Origin: Oculina patagonica | Taxonomy: Eukaryota | Length of the DNA stretch: 64,000 nucleotides | Assembly: GCF_052425735.1 (NCBI RefSeq) | Contig: NC_135762.1 | Span: 10,478,001 to 10,542,000, forward strand | Direction: 5' to 3' | Shown: positions 23,921 to 36,373 of the stretch, piece by piece | How the letters are laid out: each line of letters starts with the position of its first letter | Position numbering within the stretch: the first letter of the stretch is position 1 | Notes under the pieces: generated by a model | The model's input: the letters and a program-made list of their open reading frames with translations, nothing else | Databases searched by the model: none | What the model was told of the DNA's origin: nothing | Made by a program: the position numbers and the translations under genes

Positions 23921-23987
23921 TATCTTCTGTTCTCCTTTCAGAACAAACGATTTAATAACTATTGATAAAAAAAAGAAAAAAAAAAGC

Positions 23988-24045
23988 AAGTAAGTAAGTA
24001 AGTAAGTGAGTGAGTACGTACGTACGTACGTACGTTAGGTAAGTA
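23988..24045. repeat. Compound tetranucleotide microsatellite (AAGT)n/(GAGT)n/(ACGT)n
   Basis: Seen directly. Confidence 0.9.
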
Positions 24046-24282
24046 ACTTTAAGAAAACCAGAACGGTACCCGGTATTCAACCAATCGCATAAACTTAATA
24101 ACTGCGAACAAGGCAATGATCCAATTAATACTCGGCACTGGGTTGCTTACAGTAGGGGTATCAAATGGTCTTTGCGACCATTTGCGAGCATGCGAGCACA
24201 GCGACATTTTGAGGGACCATTCATGACCCCTTACAGTTTAAAATAAAATTCCGTCAAACCGTTTGAGATGTAAATGGAGCAT

Positions 24283-24624
24283 GGGTGTTTACCGTTTAAC
24301 CAAAAATCCCGGAAATTCCCTGGAAATCAAATGGAGGAGTAACTTTCAGGGGGATCCGTTCGGAAATTGTTGATTACATTTTATTGTGGTCCTTTTATTC
24401 CGGTTGGCAGGAATCGTCGGAAAATTCTGTACCAGAATTTCTCCTGCTTCCATTCTCCCGGCAAGCGAAACCAATAACCGGATACTCAATTATAGCTGAA
24501 TGGTAAGCACAATCTGTCTCACACTTCTTTCTGTCGATCGGTTTGCTCATTTTGGAAAAACATTTACTATAGCATTATTTGATGGGCATTCCAACCGGTT
24601 TATTTTGGCAAATGGTTAACACCT
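24283..24624. mobile_element. MITE, possibly PIF/Harbinger-like
   Basis: Imperfect TIR GGGTGTTTACCGTTT / AAATGGTTAACACCT. Confidence 0.5.
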
Positions 24625-25449
24625 AACGACAATTTGGTTCGTTCTACTTGAAAAGGTGCGGAAGGAACGAAACTTCTGAGAAGGTAGTTCCTTTTCTCGG
24701 TTGGGACTTTCCCAAGGGAAATTTGTGTTCTGCATACTGTTTGCATCTTTTGCACCATTACCAGTCCTTTAGGCTCTCAAGGTCGTGCCAAAATTCCGAC
24801 ATTGGAAGAAACCTTAATGTCGGGTTGTTTGAGTAATCTTCAAGTGCAGCACATTCTTTCCGAACAGAAATTCCCAACCGAAATCTACGGGGCGATTCCT
24901 TCTTGACTTGACTGGATTAAAGGTTAGTTAAGCAATTTGAATTTTACCGTGTATTTCTGGCCGTATTCTTACTTAACCTTTCATTTACGACCCGGGGTTT
25001 ACGAGCCTGTGATTCTCCCTATTACAGCGATGAAATTCAGATTATGCGGCGGTGCGGCAATCGCATCTTCCATATTTTGAATTTTGCAATTCAGTTTGAA
25101 AATTAGTTTGGACCATTTTGTTATCGTAAAAAAACAAATTGACAACAGTTTTTTATGCGTCTGTCCTTGTATTGATGATAAATTTCGACCTAACATTGTC
25201 AAAGTTTGTTGTAGAAGGCGTGTCACACAACTACAGTGAAAAACCTAATTAATTAAATGAAAGGTGCTCCCTAACGACCAGGACCCCTCAGCCAGCACCA
25301 GATTAGAAAATCGTTGAATAACTTCTTTCGTTATTTCGCCACCATCCCATTTTCAGCCCCGTGTCACTTGGTACCAGTTTACCGTCTTTATAGCTGATAT
25401 TGTTAAAAAGTTAGAATTTTTTCCCAACATTGATAAAGATGAAATGTTT

Positions 25450-25625
25450 CACGAGCGTGGGACAAAGAAAAATTTAAGTCGACGACGGGAATCGAACCCA
25501 TGGCCTCCCAGATAGCGGTTGGGCGCTCTAACCAACTGAGCTACGAGAGACTCGTGATGAGCTCGGCCATTTACTAGGTTCATATGTGACACGCGTCCTG
25601 CAACTGCAAGCTCGGCGATGTCGAA
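25450..25625 (-). mobile_element. Repeat with an internal tRNA-like Pol III module (SINE-like; not a functional tRNA)
   Basis: Minus strand GTAGCTCAGTTGGTTAGAGCG (A box/D arm) and GGGTTCGATTCCC (B box/T arm) within 25478-25551; acceptor and anticodon stems are poorly paired. Confidence 0.7.
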
Positions 25626-25755
25626 ATAAAAAAACTGAAAAACGTTTTGCCGAAAAAAGACTCTGGGCGGGCAACATTGCAAAGTCTAAGTCGTCAGAGG
25701 GTAACCGTTACCAAAAAACTGTTACCAAAAAAATTAATTGTGCTATATAACAAAT

Positions 25756-25869
25756 CACTTAATGACTGGTCCCTCCGGAAACCAGTAAAGTTTGTTTTCT
25801 TCGAATCTCAATGTTTGTGATTCTTGGGAAACAAAATTAACTGTTTCCGTCGGGACCAGTCATTAAGTG
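25756..25869. mobile_element. Short palindromic MITE
   Basis: 18-bp perfect TIR CACTTAATGACTGGTCCC / GGGACCAGTCATTAAGTG. Confidence 0.8.
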
Positions 25870-25960
25870 CTAATTATTCACTGGTTCTTTCACGTGACAC
25901 GTGGAGCAAACGATCTTCATCGATACGATCTAAGAGTTAAACATGATAACTGAACAAATA

Positions 25961-26350
25961 CAGTAATTTCCGCGAGTAAGAACCTATTGTTTTTCAGATT
26001 AGCCTAAACAGGTTCTTACAAAAATGGCTATTAACACAAACTTAGGCTAATTAGGTTCTTAAAAGGTTCTTAATTTCTGAGGAAAAACTTTCAATGTCGT
26101 TTAATAGAGATTTTAGTGGTATTCGGCCTTTTTCTTAATAAGGCTTCAAGGTTACGTATCTCCAAAGATGATCCATAATGGTGACTTATTATATTTTTCC
26201 CAAAAGTAAACATATTTAATCAATTTTAGAAAATAAGAACCTGTTTTCAAATTTTAGGCTAAAAAGGTTCTTATAAGAATGGTATCTAATTTGCAAATTT
26301 TAGCCTAACAGGTTCTTAAATGTTAGGTTCTTTCTCGCGGGTTTTATCTG
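25961..26350. mobile_element. Tc1/mariner-type MITE
   Basis: TA-CAGTAATTTCCGCGAGTAAGAACCT ... AGGTTCTTTCTCGCGGGTTTTATCTG-TA; many internal AGGTTCTT motifs. Confidence 0.75.
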
Positions 26351-26848
26351 TAGTTTATCTGATTATCCGAGAGGGCTCAAAATTCAAGTCTCGAAAACTG
26401 TACTTGACAGCGTAAAATTTTAACCGATAACTTAAAAGGGAAGTAAAAGTATGACATGTACTCCTTTATTTAATTATTTATTCACGTTTTTCAATATGTA
26501 CTTGTACATTTAATATCATATAAAGTATTTATAATACTAAGTTTACTAGCATTCTTTGCCTTTTCCTAAATACTTATGAATTACTGAACCTTTATGTCTT
26601 TATTAAGGTAAATATCTGAGCCTGGGTTTTCCTTGCAGTTGCCCCCGCCAGGAAAACTAAATTTCCAACAAAGTGTTTAATTTTGCTGGGCCATTTCTTG
26701 TAGCTATATTGGAGTTTGCCCCGCAGCAGAGTTTAGCAGAGTTTGCCCCCGCAGACAAAAAATCCTAGGTACAGCCCTGGTATGTCCTTGTTCTAGAAAA
26801 AAGCGTTGTTTTTACAGGCAGCAAAAACGTATTTTAAAGTTTTACGGA

Positions 26849-27576
26849 CGGTCAGTGTAAAATGAAAACTGCGCACTAGGGGTAAAATGCAGACTAAGGG
26901 TAAAATGCAGACCGCAGACTGCAGACTAGGGGTACAATGCAGACCTAAAGTAAAGTAAATGAAATTTGAGTCACAGTGCCATTTTACATCGCCGGCTCCA
27001 AAGTTCGAAGGAATGTTCGTCAGTCAAGGTTTCACATGAGTGATCACGAAAATAAACTGGCGATAAATAAATTTTTTGCCCATACAAATTTTATCAAATT
27101 TAACTTTTTGATACTGCTAAGGCATTTTCAAGATTTTTGTGACACTTTAACTTAAGTCTCAAGTCTTCTGAGTTTATAAACTGAATTAAAATGAACGGCT
27201 TACAGATCTTTTAGGAATATTCACTTTTAGCTGGGCCAGTTGCAATCGAAGCCGACACAGCCAGATCATGTTAACGGCTCGCTTACGATTTGTACTTTTT
27301 AAATAAATGTATTTATCACTACTTCAACTTAGGCAAATTTTATGATGGCTCGTGCGAAACTTCGTCTGACGTGCATTTTGTCAAAGTTTTGATAACCATT
27401 TTTAATACGCAATGTCAGATTATGTTCTTTGCATCACGTGTTGTTCACTCTTAGGTGGAGCAGGCAGGAAAAATGGCTTTGTGAATCATATTTCGTTACT
27501 AAACCCGAGGTCTGCATTTTACCCTTGGTCCGCAGTCTGCAGTCTGCAGTCCGCAGTCTGCGTTTTACACTGACCG
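26849..27576. mobile_element. Non-autonomous DNA transposon with subterminal TGCAGAC arrays
   Basis: TIR CGGTCAGTGTAAAA / TTTTACACTGACCG; tandem TGCAGAC repeats on the left and GTCTGCA on the right; TSD unclear. Confidence 0.8.
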
Positions 27577-27732
27577 GTTTGAAAAACTCGTTGTATGAGG
27601 AAGCTAATGTAAACAATTCCCTGTTTCTTCTTTCCTCGAGATGCACTTGCCACAATAAGCAAAAGGGAAGGCTTGAGCCAGACAGTTACGATCAAAATCT
27701 CATTATAATAGATGTATATCTCTCTTTAAAAT

Positions 27733-28776
27733 CTAGCGAAGCTCTATCACGTCAACATTGTCTGTTTGAAAAGATGCAATCCTATTTCCAGACAAATGCA
27801 ATGAACGACATTTAAAAATGTCACAGAGATGAAGACTCAAGGTTTTCAAAGCGTGACGATAATTTGAACTGAACGTGAACAGAATAACTGGGTTAATAGC
27901 TGTACTGAAAGATGGAAAAACATAGAAAAACAAACCTGTGAGTATAGTGCATCTATCTTTAACAAACAATGTAGGATGAAACATTTTCAAAGACAGATAA
28001 ATGCAAAGTGGAGTCCAGCAGATAAAAAACGCCGCAACGATAGATATCAATATTTTTGTTATCTTCTGGTGCTGTTTTTGTCTTCGGTTGTTCCTTCGAA
28101 CTTCGTTATTTCTCGGCCTTTTTCTTAGTGCCTTTACAATGCGAGTGTAAAGGATAACCATTGCAATGAATGGAGCGCAGTAAAATATAACAAAACCAAC
28201 AGCGTTGAAAATTGTGTGTGCTGATTTATCCCAAACTACTCTGCAGAATGTTTGATTTTTCACTTGCACAACCTTAGCGTAAAGAAAATAAGGGAAACAA
28301 CAAAAAAGTGGTATGATCCATGTAAACAGTGATAAAATAACACGAGGTGTTCCTTGATCTAAAATCGTCATCTTCAAAGGAAACACAATGGCGACATATC
28401 TGTCCACAGCGATGAGGACCAAGCTCAAGAGGGACACAACTTGTGATATTACTCTAAAGCACAGTCCTAGTTTGCATACAACTGAAGCCGCAGGTTCGGT
28501 GATGAATACTTTACTTGACAGCATCCCTTCAGTTGCATAAAGCGGCCAGTTAAAACAGGCGCAAAAGAGATCGGACACCGCCATGTTGACTATGTAATAG
28601 TTGGTACTCGTTCTCAGGCTTTGGGTCTTTACAAAGGATACTATGACAAGGATGTTGCCAATAAAAGCAGCTAGGCTTACTGTAGATAGAAGAACTGTAA
28701 ACAGCGTGGAAACCACGTCAGGGCAAGGACGTTCATGATTGTAGATATCCGTAGGTTGAAGTGAAGAATTGTTCAT
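27733..28776 (-). CDS. Class A GPCR group B, peptide-receptor-like, intact (347 aa)
   Basis: GN, NMAVSD, C...DRY, W4.50, FC in ECL2, CWTP, NPVILF; seven TM segments. Confidence 0.95.
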   Translation of the reverse strand: MNNSSLQPTDIYNHERPCPDVVSTLFTVLLSTVSLAAFIGNILVIVSFVKTQSLRTSTNYYIVNMAVSDLFCACFNWPLYATEGMLSSKVFITEPAASVVCKLGLCFRVISQVVSLLSLVLIAVDRYVAIVFPLKMTILDQGTPRVILSLFTWIIPLFCCFPYFLYAKVVQVKNQTFCRVVWDKSAHTIFNAVGFVIFYCAPFIAMVILYTRIVKALRKRPRNNEVRRNNRRQKQHQKITKILISIVAAFFICWTPLCIYLSLKMFHPTLFVKDRCTILTGLFFYVFPSFSTAINPVILFTFSSNYRHALKTLSLHLCDIFKCRSLHLSGNRIASFQTDNVDVIELR

Positions 28777-29879
28777 GGTATTTCAGTGCTGCCAAAATCA
28801 TAAATGATACTTGTTTAGCTTAAGACAACTGAGATGAGAATTGATATCAGAGTCGGTATGATTAGACACGCCGTGTACTATATGGCAATTGTGGTAATAT
28901 GTCTGAGAGACGTAAATACTGTGCCACAAGGGTCTAGCTCGGACATCACATTTCTCAGTGCCTTCTCTGTCTAACTGTCCTAACTTTGAAAGCGGTTAAC
29001 CATACAAGACAGCTACTTCTCTCCCGGACAGGGAATGCTTTTCTCTGTGGTTCAAATAACATTAAAAAAAATTCTAGTTTGCATATTTGTCTTTAGTCGT
29101 TTAAATATAAGTTGCTTTACAATTAAACCTTATACATGTATATAGATGGAATTTTTAATTAAGTTTTTTGAAACGTATTTGATCCAACTGTGAGATAAAA
29201 CACAAACAACGGAAAGAATTATTTAACTTTTAATCAAGATGCATTAAAGTTATTTTGAACCGGACAAAAAGAATTCTGAATATATTCATTTACCGATTGC
29301 GAACGTCATAATTCAACGACAAAATTGACTTGTTCGTCATGTATTTACATATACATATCTTAATAAAAAAAACTGTAATTCATCTTTATACCAAAAAGTA
29401 TTATCACCTTATTTAAACATAATCAATAATCTTCCAAGTATTAAGTAATATTCAGTGTAATACATTGAGAAATAAAGATAATGCTAAAAAAGAAAGACAT
29501 TTTTTCTGATGATAAAAAAACGCAGTTCAAGCTACATTCTATTTACCTATTAAAATAAGATCTGTCACCGACAAAAAGTGTATTAAGCTAAGCGGCATAG
29601 TTCTTATAATTTCTTTTATATAATGACTGACATTTGACGAGTAGCGACCGGTCAGGCTAATTTTGGTAATTGTTTTCCATGTGTTGTATAAATAAAGACC
29701 TCTCTCAACTTTAATATAAAAATGAAAATTCAAGGTCTAAAGAGTCAATGAAAAACAAGCGAAACTGCGCCGATCAATATTCAGGCTCAGTTAGCTGAAA
29801 CAACAATACGATCTAAGTGACAACTATATGAACACAATTTCAACGAGGTTAATTGTTAAATATTCGAAGCTTACGGTCC

Positions 29880-30470
29880 AAAATTGCCCGGCACAACGCG
29901 GTTCCGAAGCATGAAGCGATTACAATACTGTTGAAGTATTTCTAACCCTCCATGCATGGGATGCTAGTCCATCGCAGGCTACTCCAGCATTTTTGTTTTT
30001 CAGGTTGCCCTAACTGAATGTGGACCACTAAGCTCCTGGGTGGATATCCACCGCAGTCAAACGACAGAAATATGCAAAAAATAAGAAAAGTACTGCAAAG
30101 ATAAGGTTTTAATTTTCACAGTTCAAAGTTCGATACATAACGGTTCCTAGGGTTTATTAATTTTTTTTTGTTTTATAAAAAATTTTTTTTTTTTAAAAAT
30201 ATATTGGTGGGCGCTTTTAAAATTTTTTGGGGAGAAAAAAATTTAAAAAAAAAAAAAATTTTTGGGGAAGGATTTGTCACTTTTTTTTTCTCCCTTCTCG
30301 TAATTACACTTCAATTTAAAAAAAAAAAGGGGAAAAAAAAAAAAAATAAAGGGGGGGGGGGAGGGGAAAAAAAAAAAAAAGAAAACAAAAAAAAAAAACA
30401 AAAGACGCTTGAATCAGATAGAGGACAGCAGGATCCAAAGTCAAGCGCGCTAATTATTGGGCAACCACTA
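29880..30470 (-). mobile_element. Decayed, interrupted copy of the SINE family seen at 10686
   Basis: atgggatgctagtccatcgcagg (~29957) and gtcaagcgcgctaa (~30440) match the 10686-10986 element; the middle is replaced by unrelated or low-quality sequence. Confidence 0.6.
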
Positions 30471-31850
30471 TTTCTTATATCTTGGCATGTATATGATAAT
30501 GTTTAGTAAGTACAGAAGGATAAGGATCCAGAACTAGGCAATAAGGATTCAGAACTATCTAGAACTGTAAACTTACAGTGCAAGGAAGTTAGAAATTCCC
30601 GATCTGGACCATCTTCTGGTTTCTTTCGTTTCGCCGTGAAGGCGAACAAGGGAGAAGAAAACAGGAAGTTTTAGACGTGGAGTTCTTTTAAATTGCAAAC
30701 TTAAAATTAAAATAATAAGCAACTCTCGTTGTTGATGACAAATAGCCTTTATTATTTTTACGTATATTTTTCCCTTGCTCTTGATTGGTTGAGAGACCAC
30801 TGTCTGCAAGTACTTTGTTTTAGGTATCAGGAAGTACTATAGTTGATTGCTCCGGTCTGACAAACCTTGTCCAATACGTTTTTATGCCGTTATCTAGTTA
30901 ACAGCACGGTTCTCCCGGCTGAGATAACCAAAAAAAAACAGGAAGTTTGAGAAATTAAGATGTTTTCTGTAAACAAAAACAAGCAAAATTAGCATACTAA
31001 TTACTGAGCATTACTCGATAATTATTGTATTCTTTACTCCGTTATCTGGAAATGGAAAGCATATTTTACTTTCAAAGTATGCTCTATTATTTTGTTTTAA
31101 GCAAATCCTAAAACAAAAAGAAGAAAACAAAACACAGGTCCTCCGAATGGACTGAATAACGTGCCCGAGTTTTTGTGAGGGAGTAATCGACGATGCGCAG
31201 CTGCTCATAGAAAACAAAGGCGAGTCGTTTTCGCACAAACTATTATATAGGATGGCAGTCAAAATTCTACAATGTCAGGATTTACCTGATTACTTTTTAT
31301 AATGAAAAAAGGTTAAAGCATTTTTTTTTTTACACGTTTTTTTTTTAAATTTAGTTGGGGGGCCGGTATATAAAAAAAAACAATTATTTACCCCCACCCA
31401 AGGGTAACTTGAGTGTGGGTCGTAATCTATCAGCGAGTGGTAAAAGATGAGAGAACCTATCAAATTCGCAGATCTACAACAGAACACGATGAGTGTTTAT
31501 TGATATTAATGTACCCTTACATTAATCGATTCAAATAAATTATCTTAAATTGATTTTGTCAGTGAGGTACTGTTTCAAATCAAGGCGGATCGAAGTTATA
31601 GGCGACAAAATCTCCCCCCCCCCCCCCCCGCCACCCTTCAATGATTTTTCTGCATGCCTTGTCGCAAAGATATTTCGCTTTACAAATTACATTGCTTCGA
31701 ATTCATTTTTACACCAGCTTTGCGCGAAATTTAGTTGTTCGAAATGACGAAGGCATAGGGGTGGAGTCTGTGAGGATTTATGTAATTTAAAGAATGAAAC
31801 AGTTACTTCAATAATCTTTAAAATTACGAAACAAATAGGAGTCAGGGATA

Positions 31851-32111
31851 CCGTATTTTCTCAATTAAACGCCCCCGGCGTCTATTTCAAACTTGGCTCC
31901 GTGGATCCGGCGTTTATTTGAATGGCGCAGTTTATGGAAGCAAAATTTTTATTAAACAAGGGTTTTAAATCATTATTTGCGACATGAACGTAATTTGCCA
32001 TCATACCTAAACCATATTACACCTCAAATAAATGCCTGGAAGGCTTACTTACAAATCTGCTCGGAGACCCGGCGTTTATTGGGGGCCCGGCGTTTAATCG
32101 AGAAAATACGG
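31851..32111. mobile_element. Tc1/mariner (pogo-like) MITE
   Basis: TA-CCGTATTTTCTCAATTAAACGCC ... GGCGTTTAATCGAGAAAATACGG-TA. Confidence 0.88.
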
Positions 32112-32309
32112 TATATAAAATAAGATTGAATTGATTTTGAGTTAGCCTGAGTTTCATCTAGATCAAGCTCAAGATATTAATTTTGACATTCGTTTACTTT
32201 TAATGGTGGTGCATCAAGGAAGTGTTTCTTACTTGATCACGTTCTGTATTCTTTTTAGCCAAGCCTAAAAGCGGTCGTCCCCAGTTAGTTTTTCTATTTA
32301 AATGAGCGA

Positions 32310-32342
<33 letters not shown>

Positions 32343-33390
32343 ATCATAGAAAAAGAGGGCGAGTAGTCTATTTGTTTTAGTAGACACTCTAAAGGATTGC
32401 AGACCAAAAGCTACATTTGTATGTAATTTTATGTCAACATTTGTCCCTATAAAGAGCAACGGGCTCACGATCGTGTTCTATCAGCGAGTGGAAAACAATG
32501 AACAAACCAATTATATTCGCGTACTTCCATAACAAGATGGCTTAGATTCCCTGACTATTGAGAGCCGTAACCAGACCTTTGCCATAGGCGACACTAGATC
32601 TTGCTAGGGGTTCTGGCGGCAGGACCTCCCGGAAAAAATTTTGAAATCTAGAAGCTCCGAAACTCTTTTAGATACATTTTTAATGACGTATTTCTTGGGA
32701 AAACTCAATCTTGTTTCACTTGGGATTTTTTTCCCATTAAACATATTTTGTTTTTAATTTTGGGTAAAAACTCTAGACGAGGCAAGTGCCTCGTCTTGCC
32801 TCTTGGTAGTTACCCCCCTGCTATAAGCTTTATTTAATTCTGCATTTACGCCATGATATCATTTAAAGTTTGATTAATAACTGAGAGAGATGTCAATAAA
32901 CGCGAGATTGCAGTGCATTTTTATTCTGTTTATTGGCTAAGAATTTGTAATTAAAAATTTACTTGTTTTATTTAAATATTTACATTAATTTAACCAAAGC
33001 AATCATTAAACGTAACAAAAACAAAAAACAAAACAACGCCTGCTGTCTAATTAATACTTCAATGCAGATAATTCATTTCAGGCATTTGCCCATAAACTCT
33101 CCACCGAAAAAAGTTGTTTTCTTTTATTCTTCATAGTTTTGAGTCTATTCTTAAATGTTCTTCTGAGATTGTTTTGATGATGAAAACGGTTTAAACTGCC
33201 ACTAAGCGCATCTTATAAAGTACCAATGCGTGCGGGTCTAGGACCCCTCTAAATATAACGTCAGGTCACAAAGTAGCCGTTGAAAAAATTATTGGGGTAT
33301 AATAGAGAGAGCAAAGAAGCGAGTCCCCTGACTCGACCATGCATTTATACTGCTTGCTAAAAAAAAATAATATAAGGAAAAAAACTTAAA

Positions 33391-34476
33391 TTACTTCGAA
33401 GGCCTTCCTTGTGTCCCTTCTGTAATCTGGCGTAGCTCAATTGTGTCATGGTTGCCGATATGCGATGTTGCAGTCATATTTCTTTCCGTGTTAAGTAAAT
33501 GATCATGGTTACATAGATGAAGGCACCAACTCTTTAACGCCTGACGATAATTTGTACTGAACAGAAAGAGAATGAAAGGATTAATTGCGGTGCTAAAAGA
33601 TGGAAAAACATAGAAAAACAATGCTAGAAATAGCCTGCATTTATCTTTAGCAATGAGCGCTGGATGAAACATTTTTAAAGCCAGATAAACGCAAAGTGGA
33701 GTCCAGCAAATAAAAAACGCTGCAACAATCGAAATCAATATCTTCACAATCCTCTGGTTGTTCCTTTGCCTCTTATTACTTAGATGATTTTGCAATTTTA
33801 GTGTAGCATTGTTTGGTCGCTTCCCTAACGCTTTTACAGTCCGAGTGTAAAGGATCACCATTGTAATAAACGGAGCGCAGTAAAATATGACGAATCCAAC
33901 ACCGTTGTAAATAGTGTTCATTGATTTGCTCCACGTAGTTCTGCAAAATGTCTGATCGCCTTCTTTGACAATTTCGGTGTAATGAAAGAAAGGAAATCCC
34001 GAGGTAATTGGTATGATCCATGTTAACAATGCCAAGGCTAGTCGAGCTCTTTTTCGGCGTAACATGGTCATCTTCATAGGGAAAACAATGGCGACGTATC
34101 TGTCCACGGCGATCAGGACCAAGCTTAAGACGGAAACAACTTGTGATATTCCTCTAAAGTACATTCCTAGTTTGCATACAACCGTCGCCATAGGCTCTGT
34201 GATGAATACTCGACTTGTCAACATCCCTTCAGTTGCATATAGCGGCCAGTTGAAACAGGCGCAAAAGAGATCGGAGATCGCCATGTTTACCATGTAGTAG
34301 TTGGTGCTGGTTCGAAGGCTTGGGGTTTTCAGAAAGGATACTATTACAAGAATGTTGCCAATGAACGCTGCTAAAGTTATAATGGATAAAGCCACTATAA
34401 ACAGCGTAGAAACCGTTTGAGAACAAGGTGGTTCCTGATTGAAGTTATCCGGTGTTGGCGCCGTAGAATTATTCAT
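33391..34476 (-). CDS. Class A GPCR group B, intact (361 aa), paralog of 27733-28776
   Basis: Same motifs (DRY, CWTP, NPFILF); shares long identical peptides such as DLFCACFNWPLYATEGML. Confidence 0.95.
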   Translation of the reverse strand: MNNSTAPTPDNFNQEPPCSQTVSTLFIVALSIITLAAFIGNILVIVSFLKTPSLRTSTNYYMVNMAISDLFCACFNWPLYATEGMLTSRVFITEPMATVVCKLGMYFRGISQVVSVLSLVLIAVDRYVAIVFPMKMTMLRRKRARLALALLTWIIPITSGFPFFHYTEIVKEGDQTFCRTTWSKSMNTIYNGVGFVIFYCAPFITMVILYTRTVKALGKRPNNATLKLQNHLSNKRQRNNQRIVKILISIVAAFFICWTPLCVYLALKMFHPALIAKDKCRLFLALFFYVFPSFSTAINPFILFLFSTNYRQALKSWCLHLCNHDHLLNTERNMTATSHIGNHDTIELRQITEGTQGRPSK

Positions 34477-35416
34477 GATTTCCTTTCCAGAGTTGTAGTA
34501 TTTGGTATAAGACGCGGTGCAATTTCAAGTTGTACACCTGTTAAGAAATTTAACGAGAATCATTCCTTGTCAGAACAAACTGAGCTTTAATTACGTAACG
34601 TAAGCACAGGACTTAATGAAATAAGTGCAATTTCTGTACTGATAACCACATCTTTAATGACACTGGAAAGAGTTTTTCTTTCCTTTTTTTGGGGGGGGGG
34701 GCGGGGTTGGTGGGGGGATTGGTGTTTATTGGATTGCCCCAATCGGTGGAGAACTTACGTCTCAACAATTAACCACAAGTCTAAAAGGTAATTAGAATAA
34801 AAAACAAATACATGGACACGAACCAAATTAGCCACCTATACAAAATTTTACTCCTCGTCCCTTTGATGAAAAAATTCAGGCTTTTAATTTCAACTGGATA
34901 CGTATACGGTTTAAAAAAAATTTAAAAATATATAACAAAGTAAATGCTACCATTTTAACATGCTTGCAAACAGGACTTTGAGAGCGATGCTCAACGAGTT
35001 TGCCAAAAAGCAGAGAGGTCTATGAAGAGTCCATTGGCAGGGACGAAACGCTGCAACAAAGTACGTAGAGAAACTAGCGTGTCATTCAAAAGCAGCAAAA
35101 CAAAGATGTTTTCAGAACAATTCATTTAGATTCATGAAATGTTTTGTCTTTAATGCCCAAAAATGGCGTCAGGATAAGTCCCGTGCAAACCGTGAGTAGA
35201 ATGGGTTTGGGTGTTAGCCACAGCGTCAGGTTAAAAATTTTGGAGAATGTTGACATTTTTTTTTTCTCATTTTTCTAATGCTTATTAATTATTTACTTGG
35301 TAATAAACGTTTTTTAGGTGGTCTTTTGTATCAAGTGCCTTATTTAATAACCCCATGCAGTAATATTCTCTCAGCTGTGTTTGAACAAAATCTTTCGATC
35401 CTCTGACTTGGGTTAA

Positions 35417-36373
35417 GGTCGCGGGGGATACCAACAGCATGAATAAATTCATGAAGGGAAATTTTGCTTGACCTGCACCTTTTAAAACGCTTATTTCTCG
35501 GCTGTTATGGGTGCGATTAAGCTCAAAATTTACAGAGACATACAGAAATGATGAAAGACTATGAATGTGATCTTTTATTTGGTAGATTGCATTTTACGGT
35601 GATGTTATAGCCTCGTTAGTGCCAAATTGGGAAAAACATGATTTTGTGGCAGAGTTTGCGGAACGAGTAGAAGACAGCACACTGCGATTTTGACAAAAAC
35701 TAATCAGTCAATACCTCTAGAGTGTCATAACAGAAGCGGATTTTTTAATTTAAAGTTTGCCAGCAAGTTATGGCGGTTTAAGTGCGCAAATTTGAATTTA
35801 ATGTCTTCTACCTCTTTCTAAAAGCGCTCTTTTAAAATTCCGCTTCTGTTATGACACACTACAGTATTCATAGTTTACCTATCTGCAGTGGCAAGTCATG
35901 AAGTTCTGTATCCGCGCTGTATTCTCTGCCACAAAATTGTCGGAAAAGTCCAAACTTTGATATTTCCGAAGGTGTCCCGACCTAAATACGATCATTTTGC
36001 CAAGGAGAGATGTAATTATGGTAATTATATTCCACGCTTTTATGGTGAGAACAATGCGTTTTCAAAAAGGACACGATTGTTTATGCCGAATATTTTTGTG
36101 ATTACTCTGAGTACACTAGTTACAGAAATAGTCAAATATAAATCAAAATAAGCTCAAAGACTTCCTACAATCTATATGAACGTATATCGCTAAGTGTTGT
36201 TTTAAATTGGTTAAAATATCAAAGAAACAGGGATTTTTTACAAATCACGCGCACGCGCCCATATTTTTCTCCAGTCATAAATATCTCGTAAAGTTGTCGA
36301 TGTGAGTCGTTGTACTTCGTGCATACGCTTTAAATAAATGCATAATGATGAGCCTAAGGTGTCCCCCGCGACC
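35417..36373. mobile_element. Kolobok-like non-autonomous DNA transposon (TTAA TSD)
   Basis: TTAA-GGTCGCGGGGGATACC ... GGTGTCCCCCGCGACC-TTAA; internal inverted repeat GTGTCATAACAGAAGCGGA (~35722) / TCCGCTTCTGTTATGACAC (~35839). Confidence 0.85.

Noticed and set aside
25478-25551. tRNA gene
   Set aside because: A and B boxes are present but the acceptor and anticodon stems do not pair properly; treated as a SINE-like repeat.
30160-30506. Lys/Phe-rich 112-aa ORF and similar ORFs around 47078-47597 and 20931-21372
   Set aside because: Homopolymer-rich, low-quality or gap-spanning sequence.
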